Assembly: GCA_964430295.1 (NCBI GenBank)
Contig: CAYSEV010000001.1
Coordinates: 5,699 to 69,698, forward strand
DNA: 64,000 nt
Direction: 5' to 3'
From: an uncultured Gammaproteobacteria bacterium
Lineage (GTDB): Bacteria > Patescibacteriota > Microgenomatia > UBA10105 > UBA927
The notes beneath the pieces were generated by a model, which did no database searches, was not told where the DNA came from, and worked only from the letters and a program-made list of their open reading frames with translations. Below are positions 1 through 11,500 of the stretch, in pieces (position 1 is the first letter of the stretch; each line of letters starts with the position of its first letter). A program made the position numbers and the translations under genes.

Positions 1-386
1 AAGAAGCAGGGGAAACCGAAAAACCTGCTGTGTCTGAAAATGCTACCGGAACAGGAGGGTCACTGACCGTCATTGGTACGGCATTGGTAGACACAGGATC
101 CCGTATGGACGACATGATATATGAAGAATTTAAAGGCACGGGCAATATGGAACTTCACTTGTCCCGATCTCTGCAGGAGAGAAGAGTATTTCCTGCAATA
201 GATGTTGTTAAGTCAGGAACGAGACACGATGAATTGCTGCTTGGCGAAGAAAAGATGAAAAAAGTAGTGACGCTTCGTCATATGCTATCACTGTTGGGTG
301 ATGATGAGCGAACAATGATGTTGGTAGAAAAGCTAAGTAAAACAAAAAGCAACGACGAGTTCCTCGATTCTCTTTCTCAGGGATAA
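1..386 (+). CDS. rho: Transcription termination factor Rho, C-terminal part (5' truncated by window edge)
   Basis: GGSLTVIGTALVDTGSRMDDMIYEEFKGTGNMELHLSR...FPAIDVVKSGTRHDELL is the canonical Rho ATPase C-terminus. The frame is open back to position 3; TAA at 384-386. Confidence 0.97.
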   Translation, partial: EAGETEKPAVSENATGTGGSLTVIGTALVDTGSRMDDMIYEEFKGTGNMELHLSRSLQERRVFPAIDVVKSGTRHDELLLGEEKMKKVVTLRHMLSLLGDDERTMMLVEKLSKTKSNDEFLDSLSQG

Positions 387-526
387 ATCTGCAACTTTCT
401 AGGATTTTTGTACTATTTTGTAAGTGATGCAGTTAAATATTCGGTCAAATCAATCTATACTAAGTCGTATATGCAAATGGGGCAAATTTTTAATCAGGGA
501 AAAATGGTATAAAATTGCCTAGAAAT

Positions 527-555
527 TTGCTGTCGGTTTACTGATTTAGTATACT
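527..555 (+). promoter_or_regulatory. Candidate sigma70 promoter for the LysM/M23 gene
   Basis: TTGCTG (527-532), 17-nt spacer, TATACT (550-555), about 19 nt upstream of ATG 574. Confidence 0.4.
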
Positions 556-573
556 GCGTGTGTCTTACAGCGT

Positions 574-1659
574 ATGAAAAAAAACATACAGGTATTCATT
601 GATGATATCTACACGTGGAGAGACGGCTGGTACCACTATGCACAGCGCCATACACGAAAATTTGCCATGCGTTTTGAAACGCAAAAAGATGTAGTCGTTG
701 ATATACTCATGGCTCGCAGAGGCACGTATCAGCGGCCTTTCTTGCACTTGTCTCTTAGCCTCCTTTTGGTTGCCGGCGTCATTGGTGCACCAGTTATTGC
801 AAACGCATACCCGGGTGGATTGCCGAGCCAACTTGATGACTATACACCATCATCTGCCGTAGCGGTTTCACTTGATTTAAATGAATACGGTGTCCAAACA
901 CAAGTATCTGAAAAACCTCGGGATAAAGTTGAAACATATACAGTAAAAGATGGAGATACACTTGCCAAAGTTGCCGATACGTATGGCGTAAGTATTGATA
1001 CAATAAAGTGGGCAAGTGATCTAAAAAGAGATAGTTTGAGTATAGGTCAGGAACTTAAAATCCCTCCGGTTACAGGTGTTGTACACAAAGTCAGAGAAGG
1101 GGAAACTATACAAAGTATTGCGAAAAAATATCGCACAGATGCGCAGAAAATTGTTAACTTTCCGTTTAATGATTTCACCGATCTGGATACCTTTGCATTG
1201 AATGTGGGGCAGCTCGTTGTTGTTCCTGATGGTATACAGCCAGAGGCAGCACCAATCGCACCGTTCATACCACCTCCTCCGCAAATCGCCTCACTTGGGT
1301 CGGGAAAGCTGTTGTGGCCAACTTCCGGTGTAATTACCCAATACCCAATTTGGTATCATATGGCATACGATATTGCCAATCCTTCTATGCCAGGGGTTAC
1401 TGCTGCAGATAATGGTGTGGTCATTATTCCACCATTCATGCGCTATGGATACGGAAACCATGTCATTATTGATCATGGAGGTGGATTTTCGACATTGTAC
1501 GGGCATTTATCTGAAATCTATGTCAAAACAGGAGATCGTGTGGCACGTGGACAGGTTATTGGCCGAATGGGTACAACAGGTCGTTCAACCGGTACGCATT
1601 TGCATTTTGAAACACGGGTAAACGGCACTCCTGTAAATCCTGCAGGGTATTTTAAATAA
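574..1659 (+). CDS. Membrane-anchored LysM-LysM-M23 peptidoglycan metallo-endopeptidase
   Basis: TM helix FLHLSLSLLLVAGVIGAPVIA; two LysM domains (YTVKDGDTLAKVADTYGVS, HKVREGETIQSIAKKY); M23 zinc motifs HMAYD, GYGNHVIIDHGGGFSTLYGHLS and STGTHLHFE. Confidence 0.93.
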   Translation: MKKNIQVFIDDIYTWRDGWYHYAQRHTRKFAMRFETQKDVVVDILMARRGTYQRPFLHLSLSLLLVAGVIGAPVIANAYPGGLPSQLDDYTPSSAVAVSLDLNEYGVQTQVSEKPRDKVETYTVKDGDTLAKVADTYGVSIDTIKWASDLKRDSLSIGQELKIPPVTGVVHKVREGETIQSIAKKYRTDAQKIVNFPFNDFTDLDTFALNVGQLVVVPDGIQPEAAPIAPFIPPPPQIASLGSGKLLWPTSGVITQYPIWYHMAYDIANPSMPGVTAADNGVVIIPPFMRYGYGNHVIIDHGGGFSTLYGHLSEIYVKTGDRVARGQVIGRMGTTGRSTGTHLHFETRVNGTPVNPAGYFK

Positions 1660-1763
1660 ATGGAGATAAGTAGTCTCACTTTGTCTCTGAGATGGGCTTC
1701 GCGGGACACACTTCGAACTTTTCCAATGCTGTTTTAATAATACATGTGGCAGTGCCACGCGTA

Positions 1764-1783
1764 GTCCCGATGTCTATCGGGAC
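1764..1783. repeat. Short palindromic hairpin (REP-like or terminator) just 3' of tRNA-Ala(CGC)
   Basis: GTCCCGAT-gtct-ATCGGGAC, a perfect 8-bp stem, lying between the convergent M23 gene and the tRNA genes. Confidence 0.55.
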
Positions 1784-1789
1784 GAAGTG

Positions 1790-1860
1790 TGGACCCATCG
1801 AGAATCGAACTCGAGTCTCTGCAATGCGAATGCAGTGTTCTACCACTGAACCACGGGCCC
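1790..1860 (-). tRNA. tRNA-Ala (anticodon CGC)
   Basis: Reverse complement GGGCCCGTGGTTCAGTGGTAGAACACTGCATTCGCATTGCAGAGACTCGAGTTCGATTCTCGATGGGTCCA. Cloverleaf with G3:U70 alanine determinant, anticodon arm CTGCA-TTCGCAT-TGCAG and T-loop TTCGATT. No encoded CCA. Confidence 0.93.
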
Positions 1861-1878
1861 GATATCCAAAAGATGTGT

Positions 1879-1927
1879 CGCGTCAAACGCGACTACCTTC
1901 TCAAACGCGAAAACCGCGTTTGACGCG
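1879..1927. repeat. Inverted repeat in the tRNA-tRNA spacer
   Basis: CGCGTCAAACGCG (1879-1891) pairs with CGCGTTTGACGCG (1915-1927). A second partial arm, TCAAACGCG (1901-1909), offers an alternative shorter hairpin. Confidence 0.7.
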
Positions 1928-1928
1928 G

Positions 1929-1999
1929 TGGACCCGAGGGGAATTGAACCCCTTTCTACTCCATGCCATGGAGTTATACTACCGGTGTACTACGGGCCC
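1929..1999 (-). tRNA. tRNA-Ala (anticodon GGC)
   Basis: Reverse complement GGGCCCGTAGTACACCGGTAGTATAACTCCATGGCATGGAGTAGAAAGGGGTTCAATTCCCCTCGGGTCCA. G3:U70, anticodon arm ACTCC-ATGGCAT-GGAGT, T-loop TTCAATT. No encoded CCA. Confidence 0.9.
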
Positions 2000-2008
2000 G
2001 GTGATGAG

Positions 2009-2017
2009 ATTATAACA
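2009..2017 (-). promoter_or_regulatory. Extended -10 promoter for the tRNA-Ala pair
   Basis: The minus strand reads TGTTATAAT (TGn-TATAAT) ending 9 nt upstream of the tRNA 5' end at 1999. Confidence 0.6.
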
Positions 2018-2075
2018 AAAAAACCACAAAAAAGCCTACCCTCATAGCAGTGTATGTTCAGGAAGGCTCATTTGG

Positions 2076-2300
2076 TTATCTGTCTGTTGATACACCAGCG
2101 ACTGATGGTGTGCTGGCATTCATTTGCTGGTTTACAAAATTACCAACAATAGCCCCAACGCCAAGCATCAGAGCAAATGCCACGACTAGCATCCATCCAC
2201 GCACCACTACCAGATAGTTCTCATTGGTGCCCGTTGAGGCTCGTGAGACTTTTTTGGAAGCCGCGCGATGATGTACGCGTCGCACTACTTTCTTTTTCAT
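2076..2300 (-). CDS. Small single-pass membrane protein (hypothetical, 74 aa)
   Basis: Basic N-terminus MKKKVVRRVHHRAASKK, TM helix WMLVVAFALMLGVGAIVGNFV and tail PSVAGVSTDR. ATG at 2300 is preferred over the track's TTG at 2336. Confidence 0.7.
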   Translation of the reverse strand: MKKKVVRRVHHRAASKKVSRASTGTNENYLVVVRGWMLVVAFALMLGVGAIVGNFVNQQMNASTPSVAGVSTDR

Positions 2301-2453
2301 ACATCCAGTGTGGCATGAAAAAAGCGACCCTGTCAATCCCTAGTTTTCACGAAAATTATAGTATCCACATGTAAAATGCCAAAAATTGAGTGCCTCATTT
2401 GCATGTAACCGTACATAATTTTCTATTGATGCAGATATAGTACACACTGGCCA

Positions 2454-2482
2454 TTGACGGGATGTGTTCGCATATATATATT
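2454..2482 (+). promoter_or_regulatory. Candidate sigma70 promoter for the giant gene
   Basis: TTGACG (2454-2459), 17-nt spacer, TATATT (2477-2482), about 100 nt upstream of the ORF start. Confidence 0.55.
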
Positions 2483-2581
2483 ATTACTATAGAAACACTT
2501 GCAGGGTTTCCGTACATGGGCACGTTTTGATTGTCAAAACAATAAAAACGACGGAATTGGGGCAGATTAAACGTCTGCACT

Positions 2582-5500
2582 GTGGGCGAACTTATACAAC
2601 GGGTTTTTCATCTGATTGAAAACAAAAGATATTCAGTATCTTCTTCTCAAAACCCCTCCAAACGATCTGGTTATTTATCGAATGATACGGTAAACAATAG
2701 TCGATCATCAGGGTTTGTTCAATTGCTTCCATTGGTTCTACTTGTCATTTTTGCCAGTAGTGTGTTTTTAGTGGTAAATCAGGTGGAACGATCAAATCAG
2801 GATGTTCGAAGTCGTGCTTCAGGACAGTATCCAAACGTTACGGTGACACCCGCTAAGACGAATACACCATCTCCCGCAAAAACAGTAACACCGACTGTCG
2901 TGAGAACGGGTACCCCCACCACTGCAAAAACAAATACTCCGGTGACAACAAGGACCGGTACACCGACCGCTGCAAAAACAAATGCTCCGGTGGCAACAAA
3001 AACTTCCACAACTACTCCGTTGGCACCGTGTCGTCCAAATATGCATAGAACAATGGGTGGGGACTGTGTCTCGAATTCCAGCACTACCGCACCAACGGGG
3101 TTTGTGAGCGGAAAGCCGGCAACGCCAAGGCCATCTGTTACCAGTGCACCAGCAGCTACTCCGACACCATGTCCGTTCTTCTCGATGTGTACATTGAACA
3201 AATTGCTTGGAAACAACACTCCGACACCGTCTCTCAAACCGACTACAACTGGTTCTTTTGGGAGCTTGGCCGGTACAGCGGGTGCAGGGACAGGAACGAG
3301 AAAACCAACTGCAACGCAGACGCAACGACCAAATCCAACAGGTTCGCCGTCTCCGACTCCAAAAAGCCGGTTTATGTGCGGATGCGGATTATTGGATGGT
3401 TCATGTTTGGCGAGTTGTGTAGCATCAGGGTTTTCTACACCAACAAAAACGCCGGTTCCGACAAGAACAACAACCCCGGCAAGGACTCCAACAGGTAATC
3501 CGTTTGCCGGAGTCACAGCAGGTGTTGGGACAAGAACGCCGACGCCTCAAAAAACAACAACGCCACAGAAGACGGCAACGCCAAACAAAACAGCGACACC
3601 CGGTGTCAGTGCTACACCGACATTGAAACCCGGCGCAGGTTGTGTCGTCGGTGTGTTTGGATTGTGGGATACGTGTAGTCAATGTTCAAATGGGCATCAT
3701 TCTGTCAGAGGTGGCGGAGAAGTATGTAACGGTGGGCCGTCAATCACACCTCCATGGCAGGCAACAAAAACGCCAACAATAAACCCATCAAAGTCACCTA
3801 CTGCAAAAGTCAGTGCGACACCGACAAAAACGGCACTTCAGAGTTGTATAGCAGGGTGCTATGGCTCGTCGTCCTGTATCACCCAGTGTGGTAAAAATAA
3901 TCCGACAGCAACGCCTCAAAAAACAGCAACACCGACGTTAAGCGATCTTCAGAAGCAGCAACAGGCATTGGGAGGATGTATTCAGGATGCAAAGGGAGAT
4001 GCCGCAAAAGTTAACGCATGTATCAGTAAGTATCCGAAGCCTTCAACAACGCCACAGAAGACGGCAACGCCACAGAAAACAGCGACACCTGGTGTCAGTG
4101 CAACACCAACGCTGAAGCCTGGAGCAAGTTGTGTTGTTGGCCTGTTTGGATGGGGAGATACATGTAGTCAATGTTCAAGTGGTCATCATGCTGTCAGAGG
4201 TGTTGGGGAAGTTTGTAACGGTGGACCGTCTATAACACCTCCATGGCAGGCAACAAAAACGCCAACACCAAAAGTAAGCATTACGCCTTCCAAAACAGTC
4301 ACACCAGCAAAAACAGGTACGCCTACTGCTGCCCCGACAATCGTTCTTCTGAAAGCAGGACAAAACTGTAATGTCTTTGGATCGTATGCAAGTTGTGGTC
4401 ATTGTCCATACGGAAGTGAACTGCAAGGATTAAATGGCGTCTGTAAACCGGCACCATCAGGGCAACCACAAGTTCCCACATATTTACAACCCGGAGCCGA
4501 TTGTAATCAGTCTGGAGCAGTGAACAACTGTAATAGATGTCCATATGGTGCAAATCTTGGTGGATATTGCTATCTGGCTCCCGATACAAAAATAAATCCA
4601 ACAGGTACGACAAAGCCAACAGGGACAGTTGCTGCTACAAGAACACCTACAGTTGCTCCAACAGGTACAGTTAGACCAACTGTAGCTCCATCAGCTAAAC
4701 CTGTGCCTACAACAACACCGCCACCCATACTTGCTGATCTGAAAAAAGGAACGCAAAGCTGCGGAGGTATAGATGCAGGTGCAGTTGTTATAGGAGAAGG
4801 ACATCATTTATATGGTTGTGATGGGAGAACAGGGACCTATGTTGATTTGACCAAAACTGGCACAGGCGTTACAGAAGCGGACCTGACTGCAAAGTATATA
4901 CCTGCATGGTATGAAGGATCAAAAACACAAACTGCTGTTGAAACGGCTCAATTTGAAGCGGCAAAAAATAAACAAAATAAAGAGAATGGTGTAGTTATCC
5001 CAAGCGGATCATGTTCGGGTGAAGGAGGAAGAAGTTATAGTGTCGGAACCGTTGTTATGGATAATTATGTCTGTGGCGAAGGTGGACGATGGACAAAGTG
5101 TGATCCGACAAAAGATGTCATGTGCGTACCCGATATTAGCAATATTCCGGCGTATGCACAACAAAGTATCACAAAGGCGCAGTATGATGCACTTTTGGCA
5201 AGTAACACTGCCGGCCTTATACAGGGAGCAGATGGAAAATACTATCAGATTACAGATCCAAAATTGGCCGCTGCGTATGATACCAAACAGAAAGAATTGC
5301 AAAAAATACAAAGTAATTTTGAAACCTGTGGTGGTAGTCAAAGCTGTGTGGATGCAGCACTCAAAGCTATGGGAAATTCCACAGCTGCACTGACCGCGAA
5401 AGTGAATTTTGTTGAGACACAACAATCCCAAAGCGCTCTCATGAGTTATTTTGAGCAAAAAGAACTGTATGACGCCTGTGTTTCACTGCACGGCGAATCA

Positions 5501-8500
5501 GGCTGTAGTAAATATGCGATGACACAGGCGTTTCTTGAAACAGGAGGGGCATATGGGGCCACATTGAAGGATGTTGACGTGCAGTATGCTTCCTATTTGG
5601 AATCAAAGTACGGTGCAGCGTCAGGTTCAGGTTCGTCTGGAATGGACCCTGCTGCTGAAAAATTAGCGAACGAGATATTAAATGCTCAAACAGCAGCCGC
5701 CAGAAACGCAATTATTGCAAATGCGGTTACTAACTGTGTTGCAAATGGTGGAGATAGGATTGCCTGTTCGAATGATATTCAGGGTTTTGCAAATAACGTG
5801 TTATATAGAGATAAAATTCTGGACGTAATGATCTCGGGTGATGCAGCAGCAAAGCAAAAATTGTGCCTTGAAATAAATCCGGGATCTTCGGGGAGTCGTG
5901 ATAATAATCCATGTTCACCTGAAAAAATAAATATAACCCTTTCATCAACATTGTCTGATTCCGATCCACTAAAGGTGCAGATCCGCTATGTGGAAGTTTC
6001 CACAGATGACGCAGCCCTTCGTCGTGTTTGTCCGACGTGTTTCAATAAAGACGGTACAGTGAACCAGACAGAAAAAAATAAATACCTTACAAAAATTACC
6101 ACTGCTGCAGGCTTAACAACAGAACAGGTTAAATCCCTCGAAACACAGGCTGCCGCTGTGCAAAACTACGAAACCGCCCTTAAGAAATCAGGACTTACGG
6201 AAGAACAGTTTAAAGCACAACAGGAAGCAGCTATGGCATACATGGCAGATAAGCTATCTGCAGGAAGTTATGCAGCATATGCACAGCAGGTAGCAAGCGG
6301 TGCCATACTCGCCACAGATGTTCAGAAAATGATAGAAAATGTGAACTCCTCCTGTGGAAAATTCCTTGGCATTAATTGGAAGGGCGGGTCAGACGGGTGT
6401 GCTGCAGCGAAGGATACGCTCATGTTGAATGCGTACAGCGACCAGGCAAAGGCGGAAATATTTGCCGGATATGATACATCCAACGCGTATAAGGATTACC
6501 TAAAATCGAAAGGACTTACACTGCAAACAGATTCGGAAGCAACCAAAGAACAGTTCTATCTGGATTCCATGAAAGCACTTGCAGACAACCATCAGTACAT
6601 GGTGAATGCAGATATATTGCGAGAAGGACAGAATGAAGCGGCGATTTTTGATCAAACCGCACGCGGGCAATTTGCAGCAATCACTTTGGATAAAGCTGTT
6701 GATGCCAATTTATCTCCAATGGGGCAATTCGGAATAACGGTTTACAAAGCAGTCGAATTCCTGAATCCTCAGACATGGACCGGCGGCGGGTATCATAACG
6801 ACGCGATAAATGCACAGTTCCTGCAGCAGCAGATGATAAACAACAATCCAACTGAGTATAAAACTATTCTGGATGGGTACTTAACTGATCCAGACTATCT
6901 AAAGGCAAAGAAAGACTATGAAACAAAAAATCCGGGTAAAACTCTAAGTACGCAGGAATATCAAAAAGACCTGCTGACGCAAGGTATGGCTATGGAGCGT
7001 GATGCGGAGCGAAGGGGTTTCCTCTGGCTGGATGTTACCGGAGATCGGTTGGATCTTGGAAAACCTGCCATGAATATGATCGCCGATGATTCCAAGTGGC
7101 TGGAGCAGGGGATTCTTCTTGGAAAAGTTAATCCAAACACGCTCAATACGGGTCTTGATACGATTAAGAACAATACTTCATTATCGGATGAAGCCAAAAA
7201 ACAACAGGCACAACAACTCGTCGGTGATATGTTTACATCTGCACTCGTACCGCAACAGTTGTCGGCATTAGACACAAGTGATGCATACAAAAATTACCTC
7301 ACTGCGAACAAACTAACAGATACGGAGGCTTCCCGAAAAGATTTCGTTGCCCAAAATGTGAAATCGTACATGGATTGTAAAGGATCATCATGGTATCAGA
7401 ACAGTTGTGATGATTATGCAAAAGTAAATGGAGAACAGTACACACTGGCTCAGGCTGTAACAGGTACAAAAGACTTTACCGGTATTAATAATGCGGTGGA
7501 GGGCTTACGAGATATGGGGGCAGGTACTTCCTTGTTGGTTAAGGTAAATTCCATGACGGGTGGAGATATGTCGAAAGGAAACGCAGAATCACTTGCTGCA
7601 ATGAATGAATTAACCGAGCGAAACCCAGTTCTGAAGAATTCAAAGTTCCTGCAGGGAGTTGCCAACGTCGTGTTACCGATTTATGAAGGTGCAACAAACC
7701 CCTTCAATTTACGTGGTATGGCAACCAACGCTGTCTTGGACGCAGTCGGTGTTCCAAACACATTTGATTCCAGAGGATGGGCATATTTTGAAAATCAGTA
7801 TCAGGGAAATGCCACAAAGGCATATATAAAACCCGCTGCGGCTGTATCCGTATTGGCTGCGCCGTTTGTAGCTCCTGCATTTAGTATCGTTGCGACACCA
7901 TTGGCATTAACTCAAACCACAATTAATTCTTACTTCATGCTCAACAGTTTCGGCAATATGAACAAAGCCTGTGTATCGGGATCGTTAACAAAAGAATGTG
8001 CTATGGCAGCAGGCAACAGTGCACTTATGACCGCATTTACATTCGGTGGCGCGATAATGGGAGACTATGCAACAGGTCAAAAACTTGCACAGGGAGAACA
8101 GGTATTAAACGCATCTCAGATGGCCAAACCGGGATACATAGAATCAGCAAAGGAATTGGCTACTAATTTTGTAAAGGCAGATGCAAACGGCGCATACACA
8201 GCCGCAGCCGCATCACAGCAGGCAGTGGGAAGAGCTGCTGCCGGATTCTTCACCTATCAGGCTATCGATACATGTAAAGCCAGTCCATGGTCAACTGAAT
8301 GTATAACATCAATCGGTATGGCCGGGTTAACAATCCCTGGTGCCTTAGGTATTCAGGGACTGGGAAGCTTTAAAGTGACCGAAGGGCTTAGTGCAGATAT
8401 AGGATTCACTGCACTCAATGCTGTTCAAATCGCTGAAGGGTGTATCAATCCAGATAAACGTTCGATGGACGCGTGTATCGCAGGACTTGGATTTACAGTA

Positions 8501-11500
8501 TTGGGACTTCATGAAACGCCGGTGACCGGAGGCGCAAATGCTGTAGAGGCAAAGCCTGAAGATCTGATCCCGCCCCCCGATGCATATGAACTTGCGAAAA
8601 CCAAGTATCTGGAAATGGTTGACGGCAACGGATTGCCTAAAAAAGGATTTACCGCGGAACAGGTAAAAACAGCAGAGACGGAGCTTAGAACTGCGTTGAC
8701 TCAAGAGGCGCAGAGGGTGGCGGCAAAGCAGCTTGCCGAAGAGTCTGTGGCAAATAAGTATGTGACGGCTGAACCTGCCAAGCCAGGTTTTATTGAATCT
8801 GTGAAGTCTCTCTTTACCAAGAAAACGTTTGTGGAAACATCCATTCAGTCAGATCTAGCCAAAGCAGCAGAGACAATGAAAGAAGCTGAAGCCAAGTACT
8901 TGGAAGCCAAAAAAGAAGCGGCAAAAACAGATACGACAAAAACACCGGAAGAACGGGCGGCTGACCTGCAAACGGCAAAGGAAGCATACGAAAAAGCGTA
9001 TGTTGACCTTGCAGGTAAAAACACACTGGCTATTCAGGAAAAATCTATTTACGATGGACCATCATTGGTTAAAAGAGTTACGGATTCAGTATTGGATCTT
9101 TTCAAAGGTAATCAGACTGAACGAAGCACGTTACAAAAAATGCAAGAGGAGGCTGCAAAGTTGGCCCGTGAATATCAGGCAGCGGATCCTGCCGCTAAAG
9201 AACAGCTGCATAATGACTATATTGAACAACTAGGCAACGTCCAAAAAGCACAGCAGGCATTAGACATCAGCAGACTTTCACCTGTGCAACAGGAGTTATA
9301 TAAGAAGATGGCTGCCGAAAAGCAGACGATTACGGATTTGCAAAAAAAGCTTGTCACAGAAGTTGCCTATAATGCGGAAAACACCACGCGTATTCAGGAG
9401 TTGGCTACGGAAATTGCCCAGCATAAGGTCACTCTCGCAAAAGCAGCGGCCGAAATGGCGATAGCAAAATCATTCGGTGGGCGGATCGCCGAACTGTTTG
9501 GGCAAACACAGTGGATCACTAATCGAGCGGCTCAGCAAACAGGTGCAGCACAAACGGAAGAAGCAAAGAAGAAACAGGAATTTAAAGCGTCACAGGCGGA
9601 AATTGAAAGCGCTCGAGATATCGTCAAACAGTATACAGAAGGGTTAAAAGCTGATAATCCGAGAGTATTGGAAATGCAGCGTGGACTCAATAAAGGTAGT
9701 GCAGAATTTACGAAAATACTGGAAGCAGAACGAACGGGTCTCACACCTGAGCAGGAAGCGACATGGAAGAAATCCATTATAGAAAATCAGGCAGAGCGTG
9801 ATGCATTGGCAGCCGGTGATCGCACTGCCGTTGAAAAAGCTATCTCTGATCGTTTTGAAGCACTCAAAGAGATCGAAGGTTTGACAGATTTAGAGAAATC
9901 GTACATTGAAAAACTAAGATCTTTGGAGGAACAAATAAGAAATAAAACAGTCGATACAAATCAGCTGATAAATGAGTTCAATAGAGCCCAAAAAGTTACC
10001 GAGTACAATAAGACACTTACAGATCTGCAAAAATCAATAGAAGCGCGATTGAAAGGTCCAGAGAATCTGCAACAAAGAGCTTCAGATTTGTTGAAAATCG
10101 TAAAAACTCTAAAACAAGTTGATTTGCTTGTAGATGTGCATACAGCAATCGGAGAAGGTAAGCCAGGTAAGGCTGCTTCTCTATTGCAGACAAAAGAATG
10201 GTCAATTCCCAAGGATATGGAGGGATTTACAGAACCCGGAATGAGCGAACAGTTTGAGTTTATCGTGCGCGATGTTGAGCATAGGCTTGCCGTTGATGAA
10301 GGTGGATTCAGAAGTCAGAGAGGCAATCAGGCAGATACAGTCCTCAAACTTATGCAGACGGACAGAATCGCCGTAGAGTTGACAACGAACGGAGTTAAAA
10401 CGACCATGGTAGGTTCAACAATCCTCAGAATGGAACTTGAGGTGTTTGAAAGGACTCCTGTGTTCGTAGCGAAAAAAGGCCAAACAGATGCTGTAAGAGA
10501 TATTATTAAAAAGTTAGTTCCAGAAGGGACAGATATTCAAATTGTTAAAGCAAGTGATTTAAATGGCACAGCAGGTGACGGTCGTGCTACTGCAATTGCG
10601 AATGCAGATATACTAATTATAGAACCGCATGAGGGAAACTTTATTCGCAATGCAAGCTTGGGCAAAGGTGAAAACGGCGCCAATATAGATGCAGCGACTA
10701 GAGTTTACAACAAGCTGACAAACGATGTTGCACTGTATGTTGATGAACTTCATCTGAATCTGGATATCAGCCAGCAGGGTATTAACCCGGTCGGCAATGA
10801 CTCCGCTCCGATTACAAAAGCACAGGCTGCGATAGCAAAAAGGACGGGAGACATTCTCAAAGACATGCAATTAATTGTCGAAAAGAACTTTGCGGAATGG
10901 GGTAAATACAATGGAAAAGACGGACTACTTCGGACAACAACACAGGCAGATGGAACGATCGTTTCCGATCCACGATTCTCAAGAGAAGTCGTAACTGAAT
11001 TCCTAAAGAGAATAGGCGAGTCTGAACGAATTCCGCAGGATATTATTGATACTATCCGCGACAGAGCTAGTGAATTTAAGAACCTATCGGAAAACGAAGT
11101 AGGAGTAAAACTGAAAGAACTGTTAGGAGAAAAAGCCTCAAGCAGTACTGTTGCCTCGTTAAGTGAGCAGGGCATAAAGGTGCTTGATTATATTGATTCT
11201 CTGAATACATTTGCCAATGGTATGGCGAGAACGTATGGTTCTGATTATCAGTACGCTATTGATGATGTAATCGCAAAGCAAAACGGAGGAGTTGAACGAA
11301 AGAGTGCCGTTCCTGCTTCAGGAGGAGATTTGAGTAAAGGCCAGGCGTTTGACTCAAAGATGATGCCTGCCATGGAATATCTAGCAGCGACAGCTGTGGG
11401 TGAGACCCCGAATTTTGAGGGGCTTAAGGCTACGCCAGAAAGTGCCTATAAATCCAGTGTTGCTGACTGGATGGGAGATCTTTCAAATGGGAGTGCTATC

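Noticed and set aside
1692-2015. 107-aa plus-strand ORF
   Set aside because: It overlaps both tRNA genes in antisense and is spurious.
2850-4700. CRISPR array or DGR template/variable repeat in the repetitive N-terminal region
   Set aside because: The repeats are in-frame Thr/Pro coding repeats with no repeat-spacer periodicity. Differences between the 3555 and 4044 copies are not adenine-specific, and no reverse transcriptase or cas gene is present.
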